Shown here one piece after another: positions 31,416 through 40,894 of a stretch of 64,000 bases of DNA. Origin of the DNA: an uncultured delta proteobacterium (GTDB lineage Bacteria; Desulfobacterota; Desulfobacteria; Desulfobacterales; JAFDCJ01); the NCBI GenBank assembly GCA_963769935.1, contig CAVYNY010000018.1, positions 192,001-256,000 on the forward strand. Direction: 5' to 3'. Position numbers and translations under genes: made by a program. Every line of letters begins with the position of its first letter. Position 1 is the stretch's first letter. Under the pieces are notes generated by a model. That model saw nothing but the letters and a program-made list of their open reading frames with translations, had not been told where the DNA came from and made no database searches.

Positions 31416-31873
31416 AAATTACAGCCTGGCGGATTGTTAAATTCCAGTACACTAAAACCGCTTTTGACGGCGAGGGCGCCCGCATAGCCGGCGGCCGCTG
31501 GAATAAAATCGGTACCCCGATGATTTATACAGCGGGTTCTCTGGCACTGGCTGCGTTAGAAACCATTGTCCATTTGCCAAAAAGCGAGTTGCTCAAAAAA
31601 CTATTTTTCCACATCCCGGTGCGGTTTGATAGTGATCTTGTTTTCGCATTGAATCCGGCCGATTTACCTGCAGATTGGGACTGTCTTCCACCTTCTGAAT
31701 CAACCCAGACCATCGGTACTGATTGGATCTTAAAAAAAAGATCGGTAATTTTAAAGGTCCCCAGTACGATCATCCGCGAAGAATCCAACTACCTGATAAA
31801 CCCGGTGCACCCGGATTTCAAAATGCTTTCATTCGGAAACCCGGAGCGATTTACCTTTGATCCCCGGATTTAA
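31412..31873 (+). CDS. RES-domain toxin (NAD+ phosphorylase family)
   Basis: FDGEGA..GGRWN..G...YTA..LALAALE, VPS, NYLINP.HPDF. Confidence 0.92.
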   Translation: MKITAWRIVKFQYTKTAFDGEGARIAGGRWNKIGTPMIYTAGSLALAALETIVHLPKSELLKKLFFHIPVRFDSDLVFALNPADLPADWDCLPPSESTQTIGTDWILKKRSVILKVPSTIIREESNYLINPVHPDFKMLSFGNPERFTFDPRI

Positions 31874-31881
31874 TGATAAAC

Positions 31882-32130
31882 ATGGAGCAGCTAAACATTG
31901 CCTGCCGATAAATCTTTGGAAAAATCAGCCCTTTTTGTCACCACCGGCATGGCCATCCTGGCGGTATTCAAAGGCGGCGACACTTACCCCTATTCGCCGG
32001 AGACAAATAAAGAAGAGGCCTACAACTTCTGGATATGGGCTTTGAGATTATCGGCACCTTGCCCCGCGCTTTCAATCACAAACAACTGGGGCTGGTCGAT
32101 GCGCTGGTCATGTATCGGAGTCTTGCATGA
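31882..32130 (+). pseudogene. GNAT acetyltransferase remnant with internal deletion
   Basis: N-part GDTYPYSPETNKEEAYNFW is joined out of frame at ~32034 to C-terminus GFEIIGTLPRAFNHKQLGLVDALVMYRSLA*. Confidence 0.65.
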
Positions 32131-32137
32131 AGAAGGA

Positions 32138-32419
32138 TTACGAATTCACATTCATACCTTTAACGATGATGTAGGTCGGCTCTGTTTTATGGCAAGCTTC
32201 GATTAGTTTCAGTGCAAATCGGGCGTTTTCAAGTTCGGTACTCGCAAAAGAGATCCCGCTTTCGTATTTGCCGTCTTCGGTTTTGCAGCTGTGGACGACC
32301 CGGCCCTTGCTTTCAATCAGATTGCCATCCGACTCTACAGCGACCAGATTGAACATGGAATTAAAAGGTCTTTGCCGTCCGGGTGATGCGGTCATTGTCG
32401 ACAATCCTTTTGACACCAT
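32138..32419 (-). pseudogene. PilZ-like domain, C-terminal part only
   Basis: LIESKGRVVH...YESGISF resembles the end of the PilZ barrel; RxxxR and DxSxxG motifs not found. Confidence 0.4.
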
Positions 32420-32491
32420 CGGCTATTTTTCGTATGACTCCGCATAACCAATCATGGATGCCAACCGAGAACTTAAACTAGGAGAGCAACG

Positions 32492-32845
32492 ATGCAAGCT
32501 GAAATCGTACAGGAAGAAAAAACCTCGATCAGCAGTTCCACCTCTATCGTTGGAGATATAAAGGCTGAAGAACACCTGATCATAAACGGCACCATAAAGG
32601 GCAACATAGATATCAGAAATTACAACCTCTTTATCGGTCCCAATGGTAGCGTAGACGGTGAAGTCCATGCAAAAAACGTACGAATCAGAGGCCATATGAA
32701 AGGGCGGATTGAGGCAAAAGAAAAAGTTGAAATTACCACCGAGGCCTATTTTTCGGGGGAAATTAAAAGCAAAAGTATTTCGGTCGAAAAGGGTGCCTAT
32801 TTTGATGCCCTGGTAGATTTGGGGCGCAACTCCTCCAGAACCTGA
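32492..32845 (+). CDS. Bactofilin (polymer-forming cytoskeletal protein)
   Basis: Beta-helix repeats IVGDI, INGTIKGNI, IGPNGSVDGEV, FSGEI, VEKGAYFD; GGAG SD. Confidence 0.88.
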   Translation: MQAEIVQEEKTSISSSTSIVGDIKAEEHLIINGTIKGNIDIRNYNLFIGPNGSVDGEVHAKNVRIRGHMKGRIEAKEKVEITTEAYFSGEIKSKSISVEKGAYFDALVDLGRNSSRT

Positions 32846-32920
32846 TCTTCAGTGGAAACGTACCTCACGAAAAAAATATAGCAGCGTTTCCGATGCAAAC
32901 TGAAAGATCCAAGCGACGAA

Positions 32921-33100
32921 ATGGATAAAATCCAGCTTATTTTTTTCTTTATCAGCGGCTTTCTGGTCTCACGCCTGATGATCGAAGTCCGACTGCCTCA
33001 GCGGATCGTTTTTGGGTTTATCGGCAAAAAACCTCTCCCTGGCTAAAATCCTGGTCTACCTGATTGCCACATCCGCATTTTTATCTTCGTTTCTTTTATC
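32921..33100 (+). pseudogene. Transporter fragment (SLC13/DASS-like), frameshifted and truncated
   Basis: MDKIQLIFFFISGFLVSRLM..V.LPQRIV / LSLAKILVYLIATSAFLSSF, then runs into the convergent gene. Confidence 0.4.
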
Positions 33101-33118
33101 TTTAGTGCGGTTAAAAAT

Positions 33119-35404
33119 TCAGTGCTTTTTCCCGCAACCCCTGAGCCCTTTAAGAATCTTTTCCGCCGTGATGGGCAGATCCTTAATTCTCACACCGGTG
33201 GCGTTATAGACGGCATTGACAATGGCCGGTGCCGCCGGATCCAGCGAACCCTCACCGGTTTCCTTGGCGCCGAAGGGGCCGTGGGGGTCGTCCGTAATCA
33301 CATGGGTTATCTTGATTTCAGGCATCTGGCGGGCCGTGGGGACGCCATAGCTTAAAAAAGACGGATTCATCGTCTGGCCGCCTTCCAAAACCAGCTGTTC
33401 TGAAATTGCGTAGCCCATCCCCATGCCGATACATCCCTCAATTTGCCCCTCCACGGACAGGGGATTCAGCGGTTGTCCGCAGTCATGGGCCACGGTAAAT
33501 TTATTTATCCTGACTTCACCGGTTTTCAGGCTGACCTCCGCCTCACAGATATAGGCCCCGAAGCTGTAGGTAGGTGAAAGCGGATCCGGTGAATTGTAAG
33601 AGCCCTGGGCGACCAGCGGCGCGCCGTTGTTTTTTTCCCGGTATAAATTGACGGCATCTGCAAAAGATAAATATCGGTCCGGGCTGCCTTTGACAGCGAT
33701 CCTGCGATCCCGGGCTATTAAATCGTCTGGATTGGCCTCAAGTTCATCGGAGGCCGCTTTAAATATCTGTGCTTTAATCGCATTGGCCGCATTCAGGGCC
33801 GCGTTTCCCGCAGCCACGGTGACGCGACTGGAATAGGTGCCCATGTCCGGCGGTGTCAGCTGCGTGTCGGCACTGGTCAGTTGAATATCTTCCAGGGGCA
33901 GCCCCAGCACCTCGGCTACGATCTGGCAGATTACGCTGTCCGATCCCTGGCCGATGTCGGAAGCGCCGGTAAACACACCGATTCCACCCCCTTCAGCAAC
34001 CCGGATGCCAACGGAAGAATGCGCCGAAGTGGTTTTATTGAAATAAAATCCGGCACCCGAGGGAAACCCGCCGCATCCCAGGCCGATGCCGTAAACTTTA
34101 TCATCATCTTTTTTTTGGGCATATCGCTTCTGTTTCCATCCGCTCCGGGCCGCAGCATTTTCCAGGCATTCGCGAAACCCGGAGCTGACGATCTTGAATC
34201 CGGCTGCCGATTCATCTCCTGTCTGCAGGCCGTTTTTAACAGCCATTTCCACCGGGTCCAGTCCCAGATCTTCGGCAATCATGTCCAGTTGAACGTCCTG
34301 CGCAAAATGAACCTGGGGCCCGCCGTGACCCCGCATGGCGCCGCAGGGCGGTTTGTTGGTGTAAATCCGGTAGCCGTCGTATTGGAAATGTTCAAACTTA
34401 AAGGGCAGGGTTTGAAAGGTTCCGATCAGAACCGTGGTCAAAGGACCCAAACTGCAGTAAGCACCACCGTCCAACACGGCCAGGCACTGGCGGGCAATGA
34501 TGGTTCCGTCTTTTTTTACACCGGTTTTCATTGTTATCTGAGTGGGATGCTTTCGGCGGGCGGCCATGAATTCTTCATCCCGCGAGCACACGAGTTTAAC
34601 CGGCCGATCGGCATGCTTGGAAAGCAGGGCGGCACAAAATTCCACCGCGGACAGTCCGTCGGACTTGCCGCCGAACCCGCCCCCAACGTAAGGTTTGATC
34701 ACCCGGATATTGTCCGGGTTCATATCCAGGGTAAGCCCCAGATGCTGCTGGACGTAATAGGGCGTCTGGGTCGAGGTGTACACCGTGAGTTTACCGGATT
34801 GATCCCAGCCGGCCAGCGCGGCTCGGGGCTCCATATAGCAGTGGATGGCCGATTGGGTGGTAAATGTGTCCTCTCGAATATGGTCGCATTTCTCAAAAGC
34901 TTTTTGCGGCTCTCCCTTTTTGAGGTGATATTCGCGGCTGATGTTGTGGGGTGCATGCTCATGGATCTGAACGGCGCCGGGTTTTCTGGCCTCCAAGGGA
35001 TCGAAGACCGCCGGCAGTTTTTCATATTCGACCTTTATTAAATCCAGCGCCTCCAGGGCTGTATCCGCATCGACGGCGGCAACGGCCGCCACTTCTTCGC
35101 CGATAAAGCGCACTTTGTCCACTGCCAGCGGATATTCGTCCATATATTTGGGGGAACGGGAAATGATACCGAATTTTATTTTAGGCGTATCGTCCCCGGT
35201 TACGATGGCTTTGACGCCGGTCAGTTTAAGAGCGCGGGAAACATCGATGTGGACAATTCTCGCATGGGGCAGGGGACTGCGCAGAATCCTGCCGCACAGC
35301 ATTCCCGGCAAGGATAGATCATCGGTGTAGAGCGCCTTGCCGGTGACTTTGTCTTTGGCATCCACCCGCGGCAGCCGTTTGCCGATGAGATTGTATTGGT
35401 TCAT
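33119..35404 (-). CDS. Xanthine dehydrogenase-family molybdopterin subunit (4-hydroxybenzoyl-CoA reductase alpha-like)
   Basis: KVTGKALY, LRSP.PHARI, VGGGFGGK, YTNKPPCGAMRGHG, DIGQGS, GTYSSR, GAKETGEG. Confidence 0.88.
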   Translation of the reverse strand: MNQYNLIGKRLPRVDAKDKVTGKALYTDDLSLPGMLCGRILRSPLPHARIVHIDVSRALKLTGVKAIVTGDDTPKIKFGIISRSPKYMDEYPLAVDKVRFIGEEVAAVAAVDADTALEALDLIKVEYEKLPAVFDPLEARKPGAVQIHEHAPHNISREYHLKKGEPQKAFEKCDHIREDTFTTQSAIHCYMEPRAALAGWDQSGKLTVYTSTQTPYYVQQHLGLTLDMNPDNIRVIKPYVGGGFGGKSDGLSAVEFCAALLSKHADRPVKLVCSRDEEFMAARRKHPTQITMKTGVKKDGTIIARQCLAVLDGGAYCSLGPLTTVLIGTFQTLPFKFEHFQYDGYRIYTNKPPCGAMRGHGGPQVHFAQDVQLDMIAEDLGLDPVEMAVKNGLQTGDESAAGFKIVSSGFRECLENAAARSGWKQKRYAQKKDDDKVYGIGLGCGGFPSGAGFYFNKTTSAHSSVGIRVAEGGGIGVFTGASDIGQGSDSVICQIVAEVLGLPLEDIQLTSADTQLTPPDMGTYSSRVTVAAGNAALNAANAIKAQIFKAASDELEANPDDLIARDRRIAVKGSPDRYLSFADAVNLYREKNNGAPLVAQGSYNSPDPLSPTYSFGAYICEAEVSLKTGEVRINKFTVAHDCGQPLNPLSVEGQIEGCIGMGMGYAISEQLVLEGGQTMNPSFLSYGVPTARQMPEIKITHVITDDPHGPFGAKETGEGSLDPAAPAIVNAVYNATGVRIKDLPITAEKILKGLRGCGKKH

Positions 35405-35432
35405 GGCCGGACCTTTCTGTTAGTTGGGTGAT

Positions 35433-35519
35433 TGTATACCCGCCTGCGCGGGTATGACGGCTGTTTTAACTAACCGATATTAATATCATAATTGTCATTC
35501 TCGCGCAGGCGGGTATCCA
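35433..35519. repeat. Inverted pair of REP-like palindromes (GTCATTC.CGCGCAGGCGGG.ATCCA type)
   Basis: TGTATACCCGCCTGCGCGGGTATGAC (35433-35458) vs GTCATTCTCGCGCAGGCGGGTATCCA (35494-35519): 26-bp inverted repeat with 3 mismatches. Confidence 0.75.
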
Positions 35520-35577
35520 GAAAAACCGGGAATCTCTACTTTTTACGATTTCATCAATAACTAATAGCAAACAACCC

Positions 35578-37659
35578 TCAACCGGCTTTGTAAACCCGGC
35601 ATACAAGCCCGCGCAGGTTGGCGCTGCCCATGGCCGGATCGTGGGGCGGCGAGCTGTCGGTGAGCAGATTTAAATTGGCTTCCTGCCACCCGTAGAGTTC
35701 GGTGGGCCCTTTTTCCGGAAACCACCAACCGAAGGCCGCGACCGCCACCCGGCGATCGAGATCGGCATTTAGCCGCAGGGTTTGCCGGATCTTGCCCCGC
35801 GGGGTTTCGATGTGCACCCGATCCCCTTCCTCCAGGCCGAGTTTGGCCGCGGTTTCAGGATGCAGCTCCACCAGGGGCTCCGGCGAAAGTTTACGCAGGC
35901 TTGGGATGTTGCGATGGCTGGCGTGGTAGAAAAACGGATTCTTGCTGCTGGTGAGCACCAGGGGAAATTCAGATGTCAACTCCGGCGAGCCGAAAGGCGT
36001 CAGCCTTGGCTCGGCGAATACCGGCAGCGGATCGATGCCCATCTCCCGCAGCGGTTCGGAAAACAGCTCCACCTTGCCGGAACGCGTGGCAAATCCCCGG
36101 GCTTCGAACTTTCGGTAATGATGTTCGACGCAATAAATTCCCAGGTTCTTGAGTTGATCATAGTTCAAACCGGCCGGTGCCAGAACGGCATCCAGGGCAG
36201 CTGACTCGTCCCGCCAGAAATATCGGCCGAATCCCATCCTAGCGGCGATCAAATTGATCCACTGCATATCCGAGCGGCACTCGCCGGACGGTGCAATAAT
36301 TCTGGGACGCGCCACCACACAGCCGCGATGCTGCAAGAGATCATCATATTCCAGGTGAGCGGCCACCGGCAGCACGATGTCGGCCATGGCAACCGTAGGG
36401 GTCATAAAAAGGTCGGCGACCACCATAAAATCCAGCTTTTGAAACGCTGCAAAAGTTTCCTGAGCGCCGGCATATGTCAGCAGGGGATTGCTGCCGAAGA
36501 TCAGGCCCGCTTTGAGCGGGTAAGGCTGTTGCGAAAGAATTGCCTTGCTGGCTTCCTGGCTCGGCACAAAACCGGCCTGGGCGGCCAGCTTGAACCGGCT
36601 ACCTGGTCCGGCGGGGAGGGTCCGGACGGATTCGCAGTCCTGACAGAATTCGGCACCACTCAACAGTGGAACGTTGTCCGGAAAAGCAGCGCCACCGGGA
36701 ACATCCAGATTCCCGGTAAGCGCCATCAAAATAGCAACCGCCCGGCAGGCCTGAAAAGCGTTGCTGGTCTGGTCCAGGGCATTTCCCCACTGAATGGCAG
36801 CAGGCTTGGCGGCGGCAAACAGCCGGGCGGCCTGTTCAATAAGCGATTGCGGCACCCAGGTTTTTTCCGCCACTTCAGCGGGCGGGTACGCCGCGATGAA
36901 ATTTTTGAAACGGTCAAAACCAACCGTCCATTCTTCGACAAAGCCGGCGTCATAAAGCTTTTCATTTATGATTACGTTCAGCATACCCAAGGCCAGCAGG
37001 CCGTCACTGCCGGGTCTGGGTTTGAGCCAGAGTTCGGCTCTCGCGGCCAGCGCAATTTTCCTGGGATCGATCACGATGAACCGGGTGCCCTTGTCAAACG
37101 CTGGACGGAATTGGCCCGGCGATCCGTCGCCGCCGGTTTGCAGAGAATTTCTGCCCCAGACGATGATGCATTGCGGCGGATGCTCGTAGTCAGGAAACGG
37201 CATGTCGCCGAATGTATAGCGGGCGGCCGTCGTTCTGGGCACATGGCAGTTGTTGTCCACACTTACCGTGTTGGGTGTTCCCAGGACCCGGGCAAATCTC
37301 TGGATAAAATCTCGCTCAAGCCCGCGATAGGCACCGACGTAAAGCAGGATGGACTCCGGCCCGCAATTTTCGGCATAGCCCTTGAGCTTGCCGGCAAGGG
37401 TCTCCAGGGCCTCATCCGTCGATATCGGCTGCCATCGATCCGCACCTTTGCGGCCGATTCGTTTTAACGGCACTGTCAGCCGATCCGGATGATACAACAG
37501 TTCAGGAAGCGCGCGGCCCTTGGGGCAGATGACGCCCCGGTTGAAGGGGCAATCCGGATCGCCCTTGATGTGCGTGATCCTTTGGCCTTCCAGGGTCACC
37601 AATATACCGCAGGTGCCGCTGCAAAGCCGTGCGCAAAAAGACTTGACGGTCGTCTCCAT
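35578..37659 (-). CDS. DMSO-reductase-family Mo/W-bisPGD oxidoreductase (acetylene-hydratase-like clade)
   Basis: N-terminal C-x3-C-x3-C...CPKG FeS motif, HPDRL..PL, GTPN....NNC, DPR, D.FMTPT..MADIVLP; no Tat signal. Confidence 0.88.
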   Translation of the reverse strand: METTVKSFCARLCSGTCGILVTLEGQRITHIKGDPDCPFNRGVICPKGRALPELLYHPDRLTVPLKRIGRKGADRWQPISTDEALETLAGKLKGYAENCGPESILLYVGAYRGLERDFIQRFARVLGTPNTVSVDNNCHVPRTTAARYTFGDMPFPDYEHPPQCIIVWGRNSLQTGGDGSPGQFRPAFDKGTRFIVIDPRKIALAARAELWLKPRPGSDGLLALGMLNVIINEKLYDAGFVEEWTVGFDRFKNFIAAYPPAEVAEKTWVPQSLIEQAARLFAAAKPAAIQWGNALDQTSNAFQACRAVAILMALTGNLDVPGGAAFPDNVPLLSGAEFCQDCESVRTLPAGPGSRFKLAAQAGFVPSQEASKAILSQQPYPLKAGLIFGSNPLLTYAGAQETFAAFQKLDFMVVADLFMTPTVAMADIVLPVAAHLEYDDLLQHRGCVVARPRIIAPSGECRSDMQWINLIAARMGFGRYFWRDESAALDAVLAPAGLNYDQLKNLGIYCVEHHYRKFEARGFATRSGKVELFSEPLREMGIDPLPVFAEPRLTPFGSPELTSEFPLVLTSSKNPFFYHASHRNIPSLRKLSPEPLVELHPETAAKLGLEEGDRVHIETPRGKIRQTLRLNADLDRRVAVAAFGWWFPEKGPTELYGWQEANLNLLTDSSPPHDPAMGSANLRGLVCRVYKAG

Positions 37660-37750
37660 TTTTCAAATCCTTAGGCGCCTAATTGTAATTTCTTGGCATT
37701 TTATGAAGTCCTCCTCAGGCGGCGGATCGCCACCAAGACACAAAGACTCG

Positions 37751-37900
37751 AAGAACGGTCAGCGATGCCCCTTTCCGGCCGGAAAAGCCCCGCGAAATCT
37801 CCGCCATCGACGGCAGGTGCCAAACGGATGTGGAAATCGATACAAAAACCATGCCGACAATGAGCAGAGGATAAATCGGAGCAAGCAGGATCCAAGGTCC
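37751..37900 (-). pseudogene. MFS transporter fragment
   Basis: YPLLIVGMVFVSISTSVWHLPSMAEISRGFSGRKGASLTV resembles TM4 and the following loop of Fsr-type MFS. Confidence 0.4.
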
Positions 37901-38343
37901 TCTCCGGTGTAGATGCAGCCGCAGCAAAATTCCGTCGTCTTGCAAACCAAATAGCTGCTCGGCTCAACGTCTCCCTTACCACCGACCCTTCAGTGTGTGC
38001 AACGGTCAAATCAGCTGGGATGATTTTTTTTGACTAAATTCCGAATTTCGGACGGGGTTGGTTGGTGGAAGGGTGAAGGGGCTTAGGCGGGACGGAAAAG
38101 TTCCTAAAATCCAAAAAGCTACGATTGGCCGCGGTGTAACCTTTTAGGCATCGATTGCAGATTGCTTTTTTGTCCTTATTTTTATAGATTCATTCGTTCA
38201 GAAGATTTTAAGTTTTTCGTCAAACCCGTGCGGCCTGTCTCCGCGAACGCGGAGGCCGGGCATCCGTTTCAATCTATGCCGAATTTTTTTATTTCTGCCA
38301 TCGCAGGAATGAGGATCCGTATCGCAATTCAAATAACAGGCTT

Positions 38344-39408
38344 ATGCTCAACATAGACGACATAACACGGCAGGTTCTTTGCAATTGTGAGATTTCCGAC
38401 GCCCATCACGCCGGGATGTATTCCATTTGCGGGCTGGCATTGCGACTGCGTGACCTTTTTAAATGGGATCATGAATTGCCGCCCTGGGAAGAAAGGGACT
38501 CCACCGAAGTGCTGGAATGGATTGAAGCCAAGGAAAACAAATGGGAGCAGTATGCGGAAAAGGATTTCAGACGAATCTCTATTAATGGAAAAGAATTCGA
38601 TCCCCTTGATACCATCGGCATCAATACGCTTTTAGAACCCTATGGCGTTATGTATGGAGCCGGTTATGCCCGCAGCCTCAAACCAACGTTTTTTCTGGCA
38701 ACTATCACTGAAAAATCACAAATAAACGGTACGCCGATCTACACGCTTGATCGCGAGCTGGCTCGCGATCTGCTGACCATTCCTGCTCTTTGCCAGGATG
38801 GCTGTGTGCTATTGCGGCAGGAATCTGCCAGACTGTTTCTGTGGGACAGTATCTTTTACACAAAGAAATCGGCCCGGCCCGCCCTTAACTTTGCGCTGGA
38901 TAGCTGCGGAATAAAAGATCGGCAACCCAAAGCCCTGCGCCGCGAATTAACCGCCATTCTGGCAGCTCAAAAAACAACTTACATATACCATGAAATCGGC
39001 GAATTGAAAGACACCGTCTTTGATCGCGGCCTCTGGCGCGAAATCATCGCTGCATTTCCTTACTCCCCGGTGGAATACCTGGCGCGGGCCGTCAAAGACC
39101 TTTTAGCCGATACAAATCAATATGGCACACTTCGGCATATAATCCAGGAGCGCAAAACGGCTTCGCTGGCGTTTTATGCGGCTTTTCTGGATGGCCTGGC
39201 CAAAGAATTCTTCCCGGAGCTTTCGACGGCCTTTCAGGAATTCACGCAATCAATGGATTGGGCCATTATCGAGCATGCCGTTTCCAGTGGTCACCAGACA
39301 GCGATTAACCATGCCGGATTAATCATGGATTTCTACCGGGAGGGCGTCTGTAAAAATGATTTGAAATGGGCTGAAAAACAAATCCAGAAACGATTACTGG
39401 GTAAGTAG
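38344..39408 (+). CDS. Conserved hypothetical protein (Sfum_1244-like family, recalled)
   Basis: NCEISDA.HAG.YSICGLALRLRD..KW, YGAGY, HEIGE, E.LARAVKDLLAD. Confidence 0.65.
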   Translation: MLNIDDITRQVLCNCEISDAHHAGMYSICGLALRLRDLFKWDHELPPWEERDSTEVLEWIEAKENKWEQYAEKDFRRISINGKEFDPLDTIGINTLLEPYGVMYGAGYARSLKPTFFLATITEKSQINGTPIYTLDRELARDLLTIPALCQDGCVLLRQESARLFLWDSIFYTKKSARPALNFALDSCGIKDRQPKALRRELTAILAAQKTTYIYHEIGELKDTVFDRGLWREIIAAFPYSPVEYLARAVKDLLADTNQYGTLRHIIQERKTASLAFYAAFLDGLAKEFFPELSTAFQEFTQSMDWAIIEHAVSSGHQTAINHAGLIMDFYREGVCKNDLKWAEKQIQKRLLGK

Positions 39409-39495
39409 ATAAAAAATCAAATATTTCCGATATCATCATTTGGCTTGAATTTCAAAAAGAGAAGTCATTCAAATTGCAATAAAGTGGAGGAATAC

Positions 39496-40629
39496 ATGAT
39501 CCCATGTCAGCGTGAACTGTTTGATCTGCCTGTAAATGTCGCTTACCTGAATTGTGCCTATACATCCCCGCTGCTCAAAGCGGCGCAACAGGCCGGCTGG
39601 ACCGCGATACAGGCCAAAGCCAACCCCTGGACCATCAAGGCGGATGATTTTTTCAGCAACGCCGAAACTGCGCGCGAGTTGTTTGCGCGGTTAGTCGGCT
39701 GCAAACCCGACGATGTCGCCGTCATACCCGCCGTTTCCTATGGAATTGCCCTGGCGGCCCGAAATTTGCCGGTTGCAGCGGGTCAGTCCATTGTCGTTTT
39801 GCAGGATCAGTTTCCCTCGAATGTATACGCCTGGATGCGGGCGGCCCATGAAAAAAATGCCGTGGTCAAAATTGTTCAACGCCCGCCGGATAGTGATTGG
39901 ACGCCGGCGGTACTGGAAGCCGTTGACTCCGGCACCGCCGTCGTTGCAGTACCCAACTGCCACTGGACCGACGGGACCCTGCTTGATCTTGTAAAAATCG
40001 CCAAAAAATGCCGCGAAGTGCAGGCCGCCCTGGTGGTGGACGGTATCCAGTCCATCGGAGCCATGCCATTTTCAATTGACCGAGTTCAACCGGACTTTCT
40101 GGTCGCCGCATCGCACAAATGGCTGCTGGGTGCGTACAGCTTTGGGTTTTGTTATGTGTCACCGAAATGGCATGGCGGAACGCCTCTGGAAGAAAACTGG
40201 TTTAACCGCGCCGGCTCGGAGGACTTCGCCCGTCTGGTTGACTATCGCGCGTCTTACCAGCGCGGAGCAAGACGCTATGACCAGGGCGAAGCGAGCAATT
40301 TTATTCTTGCCCCGATCGCCGCGGCTGGGATCAGGCAGATATTGGAATGGGGTGTGGAGAATATTTCATCAACGTTGCAAATCAAAACAGAAGCAATCGC
40401 AGATCGTGCCCGGCAGATGGACCTCAATGTTGCACCGGCCCATGTAAGGGCGCCGCACATGATCGGACTATCCAGAGCGGGCGGTTTCGGTAAAGATCTG
40501 CCGGTCCTTTTGGCGCAGGATAATGTATTTGTCAGTGTCCGGGGAGAGTCCGTTCGCATATCACCGCATTTATACACCACTGATGAAGATATAAGCCGGC
40601 TTTTCGCGGTTCTCGAAAAGGTAGCTTAG
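39496..40629 (+). CDS. Class V PLP-dependent enzyme (C-S lyase/kynureninase-like)
   Basis: YLNCA, DGIQSIGA, SHKWLLG, RISPHLY; no desulfurase catalytic Cys loop; GGAGG SD before ATG 39496. Confidence 0.88.
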   Translation: MIPCQRELFDLPVNVAYLNCAYTSPLLKAAQQAGWTAIQAKANPWTIKADDFFSNAETARELFARLVGCKPDDVAVIPAVSYGIALAARNLPVAAGQSIVVLQDQFPSNVYAWMRAAHEKNAVVKIVQRPPDSDWTPAVLEAVDSGTAVVAVPNCHWTDGTLLDLVKIAKKCREVQAALVVDGIQSIGAMPFSIDRVQPDFLVAASHKWLLGAYSFGFCYVSPKWHGGTPLEENWFNRAGSEDFARLVDYRASYQRGARRYDQGEASNFILAPIAAAGIRQILEWGVENISSTLQIKTEAIADRARQMDLNVAPAHVRAPHMIGLSRAGGFGKDLPVLLAQDNVFVSVRGESVRISPHLYTTDEDISRLFAVLEKVA

Positions 40630-40674
40630 GCGCTGAAGGCTTTTTATCCGACGACTTGGTGTCAAAGAAAAAGA

Positions 40675-40831
40675 GGAATGGATTCTTATTTTAAAGAAAA
40701 TAATTGGATAGGATCAACAGGATCGTTAGGATCAGGCGGCCTTCAGCCGAAAGGCCCCTCTCCGCAGGCGAAAAAATTCCTGATAATCCTGTTAATCCTG
40801 TCTAAATAAAAATAAAATTCGAATCCATTCC
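40675..40831. mobile_element. 157-bp MITE-like element with 11-bp perfect terminal inverted repeats
   Basis: GGAATGGATTC (40675-40685) / GAATCCATTCC (40821-40831); inner 9-nt periodic AGGATC / ATCCTG arms. Confidence 0.6.
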
Positions 40832-40894
40832 GCATACCTTCATTGAAGTTTCACACGGTGTCAACCAGGCGCTGCCGAAATGCCCGGATCGAAT

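Noticed and set aside
33881..35041. Long antisense ORFs (also 36328-37467, 47702-48628, 55547-56263, 24490-25194)
   Set aside because: They lie opposite well-supported genes and have no recognisable motifs; typical shadow ORFs of GC-rich coding DNA
35578..37659. Calling this acetylene hydratase or formate dehydrogenase
   Set aside because: The catalytic Asp equivalent is absent and no FDH partner genes are present; only the family-level call is supported
37660..38100. Moco/tungsten riboswitch upstream of the Mo enzymes
   Set aside because: No convincing motif seen; part of the region is better explained as an MFS gene fragment
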